Of a DNA stretch of 64,000 nt, positions 47,768-57,736 are shown in pieces. Origin of the DNA: Candidatus Fraserbacteria bacterium (GTDB lineage Bacteria; Bipolaricaulota; Bipolaricaulia; RBG-16-55-9); assembly GCA_037442925.1 (NCBI GenBank), contig JBBIPG010000002.1, positions 1 through 64,000 of the forward strand. The letters are read 5' to 3'. The first letter of the stretch is position 1. Every line of letters starts with the position of its first letter. The notes under the pieces are model-generated. The model saw only the letters and a list, made by a program, of their open reading frames with translations, was not told where the DNA came from and ran no database searches. The translations under genes were made by a program, and so were the position numbers.

Positions 47768-49092
47768 GATACGTCATCATCGGTGCTTCCGCGGCAGGAG
47801 TCAGTGCGGCAGAGACGCTGCGAAAGCATGAGCCCGCTGCTGAGATCGTCATGATCTCCGATGAACAACTCATATATTCCAAGCCGCTTCTCTCGTACTA
47901 CTTGGCCGGGAAGCTAAAGGAAGAGCAACTGCTCTGGCGCGCGCCGGATTTCTTCGAGCGCAACCAGATTGAAGCGTTGCTGGGAGTCCGCGCCAGCGAA
48001 TTAGCACCCCAGCAGAGCAAAGTTGTGCTCAAAGATGGCCGCGAGGTTTCGTACGATAGGCTTCTCTTGGCAAACGGGGCTTCTCCGAGATTTGCGGCGC
48101 TCGAAGGCCGCGAGAAGGCCGGGCTTTTTGGTCTGCGCAAGCTCGAAGATGCGAGGAGCATTTTGGCGCTACTGGCACGATCCCGGCGGGCGGTCGTGCT
48201 CGGCGGGGGCTTAGTCGGTCTTAAGGTCGCGGCGGCTCTCAAAGAGCGGGGTGTTGAAGTGACTGTCTTGGTGGATTCGCCTCATGTCCTCTCGCAAATG
48301 CTTGACGAGACCTCTGCGCGTATCTTCGAAACAGTGTTCGAGCAGAACGGTGTGCGCATCTTGTGCAAAGCTCGGCCAGTAGCGCTTACCGGAGGCGAGC
48401 GGGTTACCGGTGTCAAGCTAGCATCTGGCGAAGAATACCCGGCAGATCTGGTCGTTGCCGGTAAGGGCGTGGATGCTAACCTCGATCTGGCCAAAAGTGC
48501 TGGCATCGCCTGCGATTATGCGATCTTGGTGGATGAGTATTGCCGCACGAATGTCGAGAATATCTACGCAGCGGGTGACGTGGCGCAAACGCGCGATGTG
48601 CTTCGGGGTGAACCGTGGGTGAACGCGCTCTGGCCCTGTGCCGTCGAGCAAGGGCGCATCGCTGCTCTCAACATGTTAGGTCAGAAGACGGCGTATCGGG
48701 GTTCCATGCGCATGAACAGCGTCCAGTTCTTTGAGTTGCCTGTGATCTCAGCGGGATTGGCTGTCTTGACGCCGGGCCCGCTGGGAGGGCGATCCGGCGA
48801 GCATGACAAGACGATCGAGACGCGACCCGCTCCAGCAGTCTACCGCAAGATCTTCTTAAAAGACGACACCATCGTGGGGTTCGTCCTCATCGGCGGTGAG
48901 CGGGACCTGGAAGCCGCAGGACTGCTGCGCATCTTGATGGAGCGTCGCATGGGGGTCGCAGGAATGGAGGAGGAGTTACTGGAGATAGGACCGGACCTGG
49001 GGCGCTTATTGCCACGGATCGTGCAAGACCGTGAGCGATTCGTCGAGCGAGAATTTCAAGAACTCATCCAAACGGTGAAGGTGGGGGTGTGA
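47764..49092 (+). CDS. FAD-dependent NAD(P) oxidoreductase (CooF-associated FNOR type)
   Basis: IIGASAAG, GGGLVG, YAAGDV. Confidence 0.85.
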   Translation: MRYVIIGASAAGVSAAETLRKHEPAAEIVMISDEQLIYSKPLLSYYLAGKLKEEQLLWRAPDFFERNQIEALLGVRASELAPQQSKVVLKDGREVSYDRLLLANGASPRFAALEGREKAGLFGLRKLEDARSILALLARSRRAVVLGGGLVGLKVAAALKERGVEVTVLVDSPHVLSQMLDETSARIFETVFEQNGVRILCKARPVALTGGERVTGVKLASGEEYPADLVVAGKGVDANLDLAKSAGIACDYAILVDEYCRTNVENIYAAGDVAQTRDVLRGEPWVNALWPCAVEQGRIAALNMLGQKTAYRGSMRMNSVQFFELPVISAGLAVLTPGPLGGRSGEHDKTIETRPAPAVYRKIFLKDDTIVGFVLIGGERDLEAAGLLRILMERRMGVAGMEEELLEIGPDLGRLLPRIVQDRERFVEREFQELIQTVKVGV

Positions 49093-49096
49093 CGAT

Positions 49097-52000
49097 ATGT
49101 CAAAAATCATCGCGTCGGCGGCCATCCGCGGTGCACAACACTACTTCTCGGAGGCGGAGACCCAACTCAAACAAGCCATAGCGACCTACAAACCGGAGAA
49201 GAAGATCGCCTTTCCCAACACGGCGTATCATTTGCCTCTCATTTTTGCACTCACAGGACTTAAGGTCGAGACTCTTAAAGACTGTGAAGAAGCATTGAAC
49301 CATGCCCGCTCTTTGCTTCCGCCATTGCCGGCGGATTCCCTGTGGCTGCCGTATTTGGGTGATGCACTGGATGCGGGCATTGCCACACTGATCGCGGAAG
49401 AGATCATTGAAGCGCTCAAGTATCTCGACCCGAGCTACAAGCCGGATCCGCCGTGGCTGGGCTTCACGGACGACTCGATCCTGAGAACTCAGGGAATTAA
49501 GTTGGTAGATGGGAGGATGCCGGGCTTCGCGGCCTGCGTGGGGGCGCTTCCCACCAATGGAGACGCTGTGGAACTGATTCGAGCCCTGCAGGAGCGAAGC
49601 ATTCTTGTCTTCATTGCAGGCAGCTCCAATGGGCGCTCGATGGCCGAGCAATTGAACGAGGAGGGCATCGAGTTGGGCTGGGACACCTACGTCGTCCCCT
49701 ATGGCAAGGAGATGAGCGCTGCAGTCTATGCTCTCAATTTCGCCGCTCGTGCGGCCATGACCTTCGGCGGGATCAAACCCGGCAGCTTTGAAGCGGCAAG
49801 AAAAATCTTGCTCTACAACAAAGAGCGCGTCTTTGCGTTTGTGCTCGCACTGGGAGCTGACCCGAACGTCAATGGGAACGGCCAGCTGCTAACGGACGAG
49901 AAATATGCGACGGCTGCGGGTGCGATCAACTTTGGCTTTCCTGTCATTGCCGATGTGAACATTCCTCAGATCCTTCCCCGAGGCATCTGCACGTATGAGC
50001 ACGTCGTCTCGGGAGTCTCGCTGGACAAGATCATCCAGAAGGCCGTCGAGGTGCGTGGCCTCAAACTCAAGCTGGCTCAGATTCCCATTCCGGTGCCCTA
50101 CGGCGCAGGCTTCGAGGGCGAGCGCGTGCGCAAGGAGAATCTCTATGTCGAGTTCGGAGGCAAGTACAGCACAGCGTTTGAGCTCCTGCGAGCGCGACCG
50201 ATGGATGAAGTGGAAGATGGGAAGATCGAACTCATCGGACCCGATTTGGATCAAGCCGAAGAAGGTGGGGCCATGCCCCTAGCCGTACTGGTCGATGTTG
50301 CTGGGCGCAACCTCAAGGCGGACTTTGAGCCCGTGCTGGAGAGAAGAATCCATCACTTCATCAGTTGCATCAATGGTGTGATGCACATCGGACAGCGAGA
50401 CATCCCCTGGGTGCGCCTGAGCAAAGAAGCGTACGAGAAAGGCTTTCGCTTGAAGCATTACGGCGAAGTCCTCGTTGCCAAATTCAAAGACGACTTTGGT
50501 GCCATCGTCGACAAAGTGCAGGTGAAGCTCGTGACAGATCAGGCACAAGTCGATCAACTGCTGAAAGAAGCGCGAGAGATCTACCGACAACGCGACGAGC
50601 GCGTCATGGGTATGAAGGACGAAGACGTAGATACCTTCTACAGCTGCATCTTGTGTCAGAGCTACGCGCCCAATCACGTCTGCATCGTGACGCCTCAACG
50701 CTTGGGCCTTTGTGGTGCGTATACCTGGCTCGACTGCGGCGCGTCCTACGAGATGGACCCGCACGGCCCCAACAAGCCGGTCACTAAGGGCATCTGTCTC
50801 GATCCTGTCTTAGGGGAGTGGCAAGGGGTCAACGAGTACGTGCGCGTTGCCTCCAACGGCAATCTCGAAAGGGTCTCGATGTACTCGATCATGCAGGACC
50901 CCCAAACGTCGTGCGTTGTTGGGGAGACCGAACTGATCATCGACGGCGTTCCCACACCCCTTGGGGAGTTCATCGAGCAGCACCGGGGGGGCGAGCGCTA
51001 CAGAGATTCAGCGGCCTTGACGCTGCGCGAAGGCAAAGCCCGCCTGGAGCCGCTGGTAGCTCTGCAGCGCTTCGATGCTCCTGAGGAACTGATTCGATTA
51101 GAAACGAAGTCCGGTGCTCAGCTGGTCTTGACGAAAGATCACGAGCTGGCAGTCGATCGGCCGGACGGCATGCGATGGGTTCGCGCGGACCAAATCAAAG
51201 CGGGCGAGCGCCTGATCGCGCTCAAGCACTTGCGTCTGCCGGGACAGCTTCCCGCCGTGGTTGAGCTTTTGCCTAAGGACTTCCGATCTCGGAGGCAGCT
51301 GCCGAAGTCTTTAAGCCCTGAACTCTTCTATCTGCTGGGCTTGATCGCCAGTGACGGCTGCATCACACCGCGCGGCCGCTATGAGCGCATCATCCATTTC
51401 GTCAACACTGATGAAGAGCTTGTCCAGCAATTCACCGGGATTCATAAAGAGCTCTTCCCCGACTGCCATCTGGCGAGAAAGGTCAAATCGGCCAAGCCGA
51501 CGACGCTGCGGGGACGCACGATCAAGCCTACTAGGCCCTGCTTCCAGCTTTCTAGCAACAATTCAGTGTTGGGTTTGCTGGCAGAGCGCTTGGGGCTTCG
51601 CGTCGGTAGTCAAGGGCACTGGGAGCTGGGACGGCTGGCGAGCTTACCGGAGGCTCACATCGCAGCCTTCTTGGCAGGGGTCTTCGACGGCGACGGCAGC
51701 GTCCGCTTACGTCAATATGCGGGAAAGTGGGACATTGCTGAGGGGTATGTGTGCATCGCCGACGAGCGGGCCGCGCGCCATCTGCAGCTCCTGTTGCGGC
51801 GGCTGGGCATTATAGGAAACCTCAACAAATCGGGATCGGTCTGGAAGATCGTGATGCACGGGGCGAATCTCCGAAAGTTCGCTGAGGTCATCCCGGCCAA
51901 GCACCCGGAGAAGCAGGCGGTCTTGGCGAGCGTTCGTCAGCTGCCGGGCAACGGCAGGCTCGACAAGACGCAAGAAGAAGTGCTGCCGTATTATGTGGGG

Positions 52001-52696
52001 CAGGCCTTGGCCCAGCTGCCCGCCTGCCACGAGGTTCTTAGCCCCAGCACGCTCTATTACTACCAGTCAGGCCGCTCGCGACCTGTAGCAGCCAATGTCC
52101 AGAAAGTGCTCGAAGCTGCTCCGGAGACTGGGCTGCTACGAGCCGCTCTGGAGACAGACTACTTCCTGGACACCGTGGTGACAGTGGAGACGGTGAGCAA
52201 CACTGGGAAAGATCGCTATGAGCGCGTCTATTGCTTGACTCTTGCTGACATCCACTGCTTCTTCGCCAACACCATCCTGATCAAGAACTGCGGGTGCTTC
52301 GAGTGCATCGTTGCTGTGTTGCCTGAGACCAACGGGGTGATGGTCGCCAGCCGCGAATATCAGGGTGAGACGCCCATCGGCATGACCTTCTCGACGATGG
52401 CCGGCGAGGTCGGCGGCGGGGTGCAGACGCCGGGCTTTTTGGGCGTGGGCAAGCTCTATCTGACGAGCGAAAAATTTATCAGCGCTGAGGGCGGGATCAG
52501 GAGATTAGTGTGGATGCCTAGCGAGCTTAAAGAAGAGATCAAAGAGAGACTCCAAAAGCGCTTGGAGGAGATCGGGATGCCCGAACTCTTCGACAAGATC
52601 GCCACTGAAAAAGACGCCACGACGACGGACGAGTTGATGGCATTCTTGCAGAAAGTGGGACACCCGGTGCTCGAGATGGAAGCGATCATCGCCTAA
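49097..52696 (+). CDS. acsB: Acetyl-CoA synthase (bacterial AcsB) precursor containing an intein
   Basis: FPNTAYHLP, CILCQSYAPNHVC...GLCGA [4Fe-4S] ligands, TS|CGCFE Ni motif; 740 aa after removing the insert. Confidence 0.95.
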   Translation: MSKIIASAAIRGAQHYFSEAETQLKQAIATYKPEKKIAFPNTAYHLPLIFALTGLKVETLKDCEEALNHARSLLPPLPADSLWLPYLGDALDAGIATLIAEEIIEALKYLDPSYKPDPPWLGFTDDSILRTQGIKLVDGRMPGFAACVGALPTNGDAVELIRALQERSILVFIAGSSNGRSMAEQLNEEGIELGWDTYVVPYGKEMSAAVYALNFAARAAMTFGGIKPGSFEAARKILLYNKERVFAFVLALGADPNVNGNGQLLTDEKYATAAGAINFGFPVIADVNIPQILPRGICTYEHVVSGVSLDKIIQKAVEVRGLKLKLAQIPIPVPYGAGFEGERVRKENLYVEFGGKYSTAFELLRARPMDEVEDGKIELIGPDLDQAEEGGAMPLAVLVDVAGRNLKADFEPVLERRIHHFISCINGVMHIGQRDIPWVRLSKEAYEKGFRLKHYGEVLVAKFKDDFGAIVDKVQVKLVTDQAQVDQLLKEAREIYRQRDERVMGMKDEDVDTFYSCILCQSYAPNHVCIVTPQRLGLCGAYTWLDCGASYEMDPHGPNKPVTKGICLDPVLGEWQGVNEYVRVASNGNLERVSMYSIMQDPQTSCVVGETELIIDGVPTPLGEFIEQHRGGERYRDSAALTLREGKARLEPLVALQRFDAPEELIRLETKSGAQLVLTKDHELAVDRPDGMRWVRADQIKAGERLIALKHLRLPGQLPAVVELLPKDFRSRRQLPKSLSPELFYLLGLIASDGCITPRGRYERIIHFVNTDEELVQQFTGIHKELFPDCHLARKVKSAKPTTLRGRTIKPTRPCFQLSSNNSVLGLLAERLGLRVGSQGHWELGRLASLPEAHIAAFLAGVFDGDGSVRLRQYAGKWDIAEGYVCIADERAARHLQLLLRRLGIIGNLNKSGSVWKIVMHGANLRKFAEVIPAKHPEKQAVLASVRQLPGNGRLDKTQEEVLPYYVGQALAQLPACHEVLSPSTLYYYQSGRSRPVAANVQKVLEAAPETGLLRAALETDYFLDTVVTVETVSNTGKDRYERVYCLTLADIHCFFANTILIKNCGCFECIVAVLPETNGVMVASREYQGETPIGMTFSTMAGEVGGGVQTPGFLGVGKLYLTSEKFISAEGGIRRLVWMPSELKEEIKERLQKRLEEIGMPELFDKIATEKDATTTDELMAFLQKVGHPVLEMEAIIA
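50912..52288 (+). mobile_element. 459-aa intein with LAGLIDADG homing endonuclease
   Basis: Block A CVVGET, block B TKDHEL, YLLGLIASDG and FLAGVFDGDG, block F VYCLT..IHCFFAN, block G ILIKN followed by Cys+1. Confidence 0.95.
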
Positions 52697-52704
52697 AGGA
52701 GCTT

Positions 52705-54045
52705 GTGATGGCCAAACTCACGGGAATAGAGATCTATAAACACCTGCCCAAGACTAACTGTGGTGACTGTAATTTCCCTACGTGTATGGCCTTCGCCATG
52801 CAAGTGGCCGCCAAGAAAGTGGGTCTCGAGCAGTGCCCACATGTCTCAGCCGAGGCGAAAGCGGCCCTTTCCGAAGCCCAAGCCCCACCGATGCGTGTGG
52901 TCACGATCGGGGCGGGAGATCGTGCGCTCAAAGTCGGCGGCGAGACGGTGTTGTTCCGACACGACGAGAAATTCCATCGCCCGACGGTCATTGCCATTCG
53001 CGTGCGGGATGATCTGCCGGAAGCGGAGCTGGCTCAGCGTATCGAGAAGATCAATCAGATCCAGTTCGTGCGCGTCGGACAGAAGATCGCCGTCAATGCC
53101 ATCGCCGTCGAGCAAACGAACAGTGGGAAGTTTGTGCCCTCCGTGAAGCTTGTCAGCGAAAGATCCCCACTCGTGCTCATCTTGATCAGCTCTGATCCTC
53201 GGGCTCTCACGGCTGCTCTTGAGATCTGTGCGGATCGACGCCCATTGATCCACGCGGCGACAAAAGAGAACTGTAAAGAACTGGCAGCGCTGGCAAAGCA
53301 GTTCAACTGCCCGTTGGCCGTCCGTGCCACATCTCTTGAAGAGCTGGCTGAACTTACTCACGAGATGAAAGCCTCAGGCGTCGAGGATCTCGTCCTGGAC
53401 CCGAACGTACAGGGAATGGCTGAGGGACTGACCAAACTGACACAACTCCGTCGTCTGGCCCTAGAGAAGACGTTTAGACCCTTAGGATTTCCCACCATGA
53501 CGATCGTTCCTGGCAGTGACCCGTTCATGGATACGGCTCAGGCGGCGGCGTACATCTGCAAGTACGCCAGCATCATCGTGATGGATGGCTGCGAACGCTG
53601 GCAGCTGTTGCCCATTTTGACAGCGCGCCAGAACATCTACACCGACCCGCAAGTGCCCAACGCTGTCGAGGCCAAGCTCTACAAAGTGGGCGAGCCAGGA
53701 TCTCAATCACCCGTACTGGTTACCACAAACTTCGCGCTCACCTACTTCACCGTCGAAGGCGAAGTGGAGAACAGCCGCGTCCCGGCCTACATCGCCGTGG
53801 TGGATACCGGGGGATTGGGTGTGCTCAATGCCTACGCAGACGACAAGCTCACAGCGGAGGGAATCGTCAAGACCGTCAAGGCCTCTGGAATCATGGATCA
53901 AGTTTCCCATAAGAAACTCGTCATCCCCGGATTAGTCGCCGTGCTCAAGGGCGAGATCGAGGACGAAGGAGGCTGGGAAGTGTTAGTTGGTCCGGAGGAA
54001 GCAGCGGGCTTGCCCGCCTACTTGCGAAACGATTGGAAAGCGTAA
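52705..54045 (+). CDS. acsC: Corrinoid Fe-S protein large subunit
   Basis: LPKTNCGDCNFPTCMAFA, GETVLFRH, RQNIYTDPQ, TTNFALTY. Confidence 0.95.
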   Translation: MMAKLTGIEIYKHLPKTNCGDCNFPTCMAFAMQVAAKKVGLEQCPHVSAEAKAALSEAQAPPMRVVTIGAGDRALKVGGETVLFRHDEKFHRPTVIAIRVRDDLPEAELAQRIEKINQIQFVRVGQKIAVNAIAVEQTNSGKFVPSVKLVSERSPLVLILISSDPRALTAALEICADRRPLIHAATKENCKELAALAKQFNCPLAVRATSLEELAELTHEMKASGVEDLVLDPNVQGMAEGLTKLTQLRRLALEKTFRPLGFPTMTIVPGSDPFMDTAQAAAYICKYASIIVMDGCERWQLLPILTARQNIYTDPQVPNAVEAKLYKVGEPGSQSPVLVTTNFALTYFTVEGEVENSRVPAYIAVVDTGGLGVLNAYADDKLTAEGIVKTVKASGIMDQVSHKKLVIPGLVAVLKGEIEDEGGWEVLVGPEEAAGLPAYLRNDWKA

Positions 54046-54061
54046 AGGCAGGGGACTCGAG

Positions 54062-55972
54062 ATGCCCAAAGTCGTCTTTCACCCAGATGACGTGAGCGTC
54101 GAAGTCGAGCGCGGGGTGACGCTGCAAGCCGCCGCGAAGGCAGCCGGTGTTGAGCTGGCCAGCATCTGCGGCGGGGATGGCATCTGCGGTCGCTGCCGAG
54201 TGATCGTGCGAGACGGCAACATCCAGGCTTCTCCCACTACCTTGCTCAGCCGCGACGAGATCCAAAGAGGGTATGTACTCGCGTGCCAGACGAAGATCAC
54301 CGGAGACGTCGAAATCGAAGTGCCCCCAGAAACACGCACGGAAGAGGGGCAGATTCTCATCGACATCGACGCCCAACGCTTCCGGGCCCTCTATCAGGAG
54401 GAGAAGATCTCTTTTCGGCATGAGCCCTTGGTGCAAAAGCTCTACGCGGAGTTGCCTCGGCCCACGCTGCAAGATAATCTGGCGGACCACCAGCGGCTCT
54501 ACCGCGAAATCCGCCGCCACAAGAACTACCAGATCATGCAGACGGGCCTCAAGGTCTTACAGACTCATCCCAAGCTCTTTCGCACGAGTCGCTGGAAGAT
54601 CACGGCTACCCTGGGTATGCGCGGCGGGACCATCGAAGTGCTCCAAGTCGAGGGCGGCAATACCGCAGAGCGCAACTACGGCATCGCCGTGGACGTGGGA
54701 ACTTCCACCGTCGTCGCTCACTTGCTCGATCTGAATACGGGCAAGACGGTGGATGCCGAAGCCATGTACAACTCACAGCGTGCGTACGGCGAAGAAGTGA
54801 CACGGCGCATCATCTATGCAGAACGCGGCGGACTGGACCAGCTGCAAAAGACAGTCGTCAACGATATCAACAACTTGATCACGGCACTTGTGGCGCGCAA
54901 CCAGATTGCACAACACGACTGTCTCACGGTTCTTTGCGCCGGCAACACGACGATGATGCATCTCGTATTGGGTCTGGACCCCACCTACATCCGCCGCGAT
55001 CCCTACGTTTCCTGTTCGACGGCGCCTCCGCCGGTGCGAGCGGCCGAAGTGGGAATTCAGATCAACCCTCGCGGGCTTCTGTACTGCCTGCCGGCCATCG
55101 GGGGCTGGGTGGGCGGAGATGTGACTGGTGGGATTCTGGCGACGGGACTTCACGAGTCGGATGAGACCGTGATGCTGATCGATGTCGGCACCAACGGAGA
55201 GATCGTCATCGGCAATAGAGAGTGGATGGTGGCCTGTTCGGCCTCCGCCGGTCCGGCCTTTGAGGGCTCGGGAGTGCAGTGCGGCATGAAAGCAAGCCGC
55301 GGCGCGATTGAGCGCGTACAGATCTCATCGGACGGAAACGTGCTCTATAAGAGTGTGGGCAACGTCAAACCCAAAGGCATCTGTGGCTCGGGGCTCATCG
55401 ATCTGGTCGCGGCGCTTTTCACAGCTGATCTCATTGATCGGTCCGGAGCGCTGCAGCCGGAAGCCAGCCCCAGAGTCCGTGAGCGCAACGGCTTGCTCGA
55501 GTTCGTTGTCGTTCCCACCCAGCGCTCTGGCACCGGCAAGGATATCGTCATCACTCAAGCCGACATCGAGAATCTACTGAGTGCCAAAGCCGCCATCTAC
55601 GCCGGGGCACACATCTTAATCAAATCGCTCGATCTCGACTTCAACGATATCGAAAGAGTCTTTTTAGCCGGAGGCTTCGGGAACTATCTGGACCGCGAGA
55701 AGGCGATCACGATTGGCCTGATTCCCGATCTACCCCTGGAAAAGATTCGATTTGTCGGTAACACGTCCATCATCGGGGCCAAACTGGCGCTGCTCTCTCA
55801 AGAAGCGTTCGAGCGCAGCTACGAGATCGCGAGGAACGTGACGTATTATGATCTCATTAGCTTTCCGCACTATTACGAGGAGTTTCTCGCGGCGAAATTC
55901 CTGCCGCATACGGAGCTGGAACGTTTTCCATCTGTGCAGGAGAGACTGAAATCAAAAGCGAGGATCTTCTAG
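54062..55972 (+). CDS. acsV: Reductive activator of CoFeSP (RACo/AcsV; [2Fe-2S] + ASKHA ATPase)
   Basis: CGGDGICGRC, DVGTST, DVGTNGE, AGPAFEG, GICGSG. Confidence 0.88.
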   Translation: MPKVVFHPDDVSVEVERGVTLQAAAKAAGVELASICGGDGICGRCRVIVRDGNIQASPTTLLSRDEIQRGYVLACQTKITGDVEIEVPPETRTEEGQILIDIDAQRFRALYQEEKISFRHEPLVQKLYAELPRPTLQDNLADHQRLYREIRRHKNYQIMQTGLKVLQTHPKLFRTSRWKITATLGMRGGTIEVLQVEGGNTAERNYGIAVDVGTSTVVAHLLDLNTGKTVDAEAMYNSQRAYGEEVTRRIIYAERGGLDQLQKTVVNDINNLITALVARNQIAQHDCLTVLCAGNTTMMHLVLGLDPTYIRRDPYVSCSTAPPPVRAAEVGIQINPRGLLYCLPAIGGWVGGDVTGGILATGLHESDETVMLIDVGTNGEIVIGNREWMVACSASAGPAFEGSGVQCGMKASRGAIERVQISSDGNVLYKSVGNVKPKGICGSGLIDLVAALFTADLIDRSGALQPEASPRVRERNGLLEFVVVPTQRSGTGKDIVITQADIENLLSAKAAIYAGAHILIKSLDLDFNDIERVFLAGGFGNYLDREKAITIGLIPDLPLEKIRFVGNTSIIGAKLALLSQEAFERSYEIARNVTYYDLISFPHYYEEFLAAKFLPHTELERFPSVQERLKSKARIF

Positions 55973-56755
55973 ATGGCTTTCACCATTGGGGTTGCCGGTA
56001 AAGGCGGCGTGGGGAAGACGACCCTGGCAGGTTTGATCGCACGATTGCTGTTGGAGCGCGGCGATGGGCCCGTTTTGGCGATTGACGCCGATCCCAACAC
56101 CAACTTTCATCAAGTTCTGGGGCTCCACGTGGAACAGACCATCGGCGAACTGCGCGAAGAGACTCTCAAGAAAATAAAAGACTTACCAGCTGGCATCTCC
56201 AAGGATCAGTATCTCGAGTACGGCCTGCACCAGTGTCTCGTCGAGGACAATGGCATCGATCTATTGGCCATGGGACGAGGCGAGGGTCCCTTCTGCTACT
56301 GTGCCGTCAACCACGTACTGCGACGCTACATGGATCTTCTGGCCAAGAACTACAAGTACATCGTCATGGACAACGAGGCTGGCCTGGAACATCTCTCACG
56401 ACGAACCACACAAGATGTTGATGTCTTGCTCATAGTGAGCGAATGCTTTCCCGTGGCACTTCAGGCTGCCGCCAGAATCAGCAAGATCGCCGATGAACTC
56501 AAATTACGCATCGGTCAGAGATTCCTCGTGCTAAACCATGTGAACGACGGAACCCTGTCTGGGCCGGCCCAGGAAGCTCTACAAGAGAGCATTGGGCAGG
56601 CGGGGCTCATGCTCATCGGGGAGATCCCCCGCGATGAGGCGATTCGGCGCCTCAGCGTGGAAGGCAAACCGCTGAGCGAACTACCCGCCTCCTCGCCGGC
56701 CAAGTCAGCCGTGAAGGCGATTCTTGAAAGAGTGCTGGAGAAAGGAGGCCCCTGA
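55973..56755 (+). CDS. acsF: Second CooC-family ATPase (AcsF/CooC2)
   Basis: GKGGVGKT, DADPN, CYC, DNEAGLEHLSR. Confidence 0.82.
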   Translation: MAFTIGVAGKGGVGKTTLAGLIARLLLERGDGPVLAIDADPNTNFHQVLGLHVEQTIGELREETLKKIKDLPAGISKDQYLEYGLHQCLVEDNGIDLLAMGRGEGPFCYCAVNHVLRRYMDLLAKNYKYIVMDNEAGLEHLSRRTTQDVDVLLIVSECFPVALQAAARISKIADELKLRIGQRFLVLNHVNDGTLSGPAQEALQESIGQAGLMLIGEIPRDEAIRRLSVEGKPLSELPASSPAKSAVKAILERVLEKGGP

Positions 56756-57735
56756 TGCCGGTAGCCATTCCCGATGTGAAGAAGACTTGGACGAACGCGA
56801 TCAACGTGGTGACACTGGGGGCCACGCGCGAAGAGGGGGGGACCCGCACGTCGAAGGTGACGGTAGGCGGCGCGACTTCGCTCTCCTTCCATCATTTTGA
56901 GGGCACGATGCCCCACCCACCTGCGATCGCCATGGAGGTCTGGGATATTGCCCCCACCGACTGGCCCCAGATTCTGACAGAACCCTTCGCGGATGTGCTG
57001 AACGACCCCGGGCTCTGGGCCAAAAAGTGCGTCGAGCAGTACGGTGCCGAGTTGATCTGTCTGCGTCTTATGGGGTGTGATCCCATTCGTGGCAATCGCG
57101 GCCCTCAAGAGGCCGTGCCAGCGGTGAAGCGAGTACTCGCGTCCGTGGGTGTGCCACTCATCATTTGGGGTACGGGCAACGATGAGAAAGATAATGAGAT
57201 CTTCCCCGCTGTGGCGGAAGCCGCAGCGGGTGAGAATTGCTTATTAGGCACGATCACGGAAGACAACTACAAGACGCTCGTTGCCGTCTGCACGGCGTAC
57301 AAACATAAGCTGATCGCCGAGTCGCCTTGTGATGTCAACATTGCGAAGCAAGTGAACATCCTTGCCACAGATATGGGCTTCAAGCCGGAAGACATAGTGA
57401 TCTATCCCACGAGCGCGGCATTGGGCTATGGACTCGAATACGTCTATTCCATCATGGAGCGGGCCAGGCTCGCGGCGTTACGCGGCGACAAGATGCTCTC
57501 GCAACCCATGATCTGTGATATTGGCATTGAGACATGGGGCGTGAAAGAAGCCAAGGCAAGTGAGCAAGAACTGCCCGAATGGGGTGAGCAGAAGGAGCGC
57601 GCGCCGCTGTGGGAAGCGACAACGGCATACATCTATTTGCTGACGGGGGCAGATCTTCTTGTGCTGCGCCATCCACGGGCTGTCGCCAGCGTGCGGCAAG
57701 CGATCCAGCAACTCATGGGAGCCGGAGGCGGTTAG
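56755..57735 (+). CDS. acsD: Corrinoid Fe-S protein small subunit
   Basis: DVNIAKQVN, LGYGLEYVYSIMER, LRHP. Confidence 0.93.
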   Translation: MPVAIPDVKKTWTNAINVVTLGATREEGGTRTSKVTVGGATSLSFHHFEGTMPHPPAIAMEVWDIAPTDWPQILTEPFADVLNDPGLWAKKCVEQYGAELICLRLMGCDPIRGNRGPQEAVPAVKRVLASVGVPLIIWGTGNDEKDNEIFPAVAEAAAGENCLLGTITEDNYKTLVAVCTAYKHKLIAESPCDVNIAKQVNILATDMGFKPEDIVIYPTSAALGYGLEYVYSIMERARLAALRGDKMLSQPMICDIGIETWGVKEAKASEQELPEWGEQKERAPLWEATTAYIYLLTGADLLVLRHPRAVASVRQAIQQLMGAGGG

Positions 57736-57736
57736 C

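Noticed and set aside
50912..52288. Class 3 intein (Cys at F4) or self-splicing intron
   Set aside because: Cys1 is present and the insert is in frame with protein-splicing termini, consistent with a class 1 intein.
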